A model generated the notes under the pieces. The model searched no databases. It was not told where the DNA came from and was given only the letters and a program-made list of their open reading frames with translations. A DNA stretch of 64,000 nt from the human T2T-CHM13v2.0 reference genome, Homo sapiens. The position numbers were made by a program, and so were the translations under genes. The DNA lies in the NCBI RefSeq assembly GCF_009914755.1, contig NC_060925.1; one strand, written 5' to 3'. Each line of letters starts with the position of its first letter. The first letter of the stretch is position 1. Positions 61,933 to 64,000 of the stretch are shown piece after piece.

Positions 61933-62442
61933 GTAAGTAAAAGAAGTCATTCTTTGTACATGAATTGTTTTGGAAAGGAGGAAGTGCTACTTAATGCTCA
62001 AGGTACACTTATGTATCACTGACAACCAGACTTTTTTTTGGTTTATTTTTGATTTCTCTTGACTTTGGAATAACAATGTCTGTGGTCCAAATTTAGCTTT
62101 TCAGAATGATTTCAGTTTGGAGCTCACCTTTTTATTTCAGTTTCCACTGGGATAAATATATAGCACTAGGAAAAAAATAATATGCTACTTTTATTTAGGT
62201 AATGCTTATTTTTGTATAGGATGATATACACCTAGTATTACAAAGGCTCCTTTTAACAAAAATAAGAAACAGAAAACATGTCAGAATTCATAGATCTGCA
62301 GGAGTTTTTTTTCCCCTGCACGGTGGAAATGCAGTCTTCGTTTATTAGTATACTAAAGAGAACCATTTTATAGATAGATGATAACTACAACAGTTTGGTT
62401 TTTAATGCACTTAATCATTTTGGGGACTGCAGACACTTAGCT

Positions 62443-62742
62443 TTTTTTTTTTTTTTTTTTTTTTTGAGGTGGAGTCTCTCTCTGTCACCCAGGCTGGAGT
62501 GCAATGGCATGATCTTGGCTCACTGCAACCTCTGCCTCCCGGGTTGAAGTGATTCTCCTGCCTTAGCCTCCTGAGTAGCTGGGATTACAGGCGCGTGCCA
62601 CCACGCCTGGCTAATTTTTGTATTTTTAGTAGTCAGGGGTTTCACCATGTTGGTCAGGCTGGTCTTGAACTCCTGACCTCGTGATCCACCCGCCTCGGCT
62701 TCCCAAAGTGCTGGGATTACAGGCGTGAGCCACCGTGCTTGG
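62443..62742 (-). mobile_element. AluS
   Basis: Reverse Alu consensus. Confidence 0.9.
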
Positions 62743-63030
62743 CAGCTTTTTTTTTTTTTTAACTTAAGATAAAATTAATTTGCATTCCTTCAGCATGCAT
62801 AGAGTGGTAGGCAGAGCAGGGTTTGGCCAAGTTCCATGACAAAGAGAGGCTATCCTATGACTTTAAAATTTCCTGCATATGTCATCAGATGAACAAACTG
62901 AATAATTGAATTGACTCATTTGTAATATTTCTCTTTCACGTTTCTGTGTTTAAGACCTGAAATTGTTTCTATATGGAAAAATCACTTCTATTTTTCATAG
63001 TCCTTCCTGTGGTCATCAGTTTTTGCTTAA

Positions 63031-63349
<319 letters not shown>

Positions 63350-63636
63350 CTTTCCCCACTTTCAACACTAGTAGTATACAAAACGTGAGCTAAAAATATT
63401 TTGAAGGCTGGTCACCCTATTTTTCGTCCCCTTTTTGGAGTGTAGTGGGGTTTCTTTCCATTCTTTGCAAGTTGTTTCTTTAATATGTCAAAATGTCTAA
63501 GAACTTCAGAACCATATACATCTTGTGTTGCCCATCAGATTGCTTGGTTACTTGCTGCCAATTGGTTCACCTCTATAGGAAACTATTTGCAATTGGGTTG
63601 AAGTGTTAACATCTGACTTTAAGTCATTTTAACTGA

Positions 63637-63930
<294 letters not shown>

Positions 63931-64000
63931 AAGTCATTTTTACTTTGATTCAGAGTTAGCCGATGCTATTTACCTTCCAGTAGGTTACTTACATTGTATG

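Overview
Human genomic DNA recognisable as the 1q32.1 RASSF5-EIF2D-DYRK3 locus. It holds the last four coding exons and 3'UTR of RASSF5 (+) and the complete 15-exon EIF2D gene (-). My EIF2D exon reconstruction totals 1755 nt = 584 aa + stop, with all introns GT-AG and all phases consistent. Then come ~22 kb of repeat-dense intergenic DNA and the CpG-island promoter, first exons and an alternative exon of DYRK3 (+). I found no new protein-coding gene; the other long ORFs derive from Alus, simple repeats, antisense exons or GC-rich DNA. The best candidate for an undescribed mechanism is in the EIF2D 5' leader. A 17-codon uORF in strong Kozak context lies entirely inside a putative 186-nt GT-AG leader intron. 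This suggests a splicing-controlled uORF switch on the mRNA of a factor that itself acts in ribosome recycling and reinitiation after uORFs. It is a hypothesis from sequence only, and I cannot check whether it is already annotated. Other notable items: a solo LTR with a 76-bp flanking duplication, a DYRK3 cassette exon that may double as a poison exon, a probable short L1 3' transduction, a ~25-nt poly(A)-tailed micro-insertion and four-level transposon nesting. Repeat boundaries and family names were assigned by eye and are approximate.
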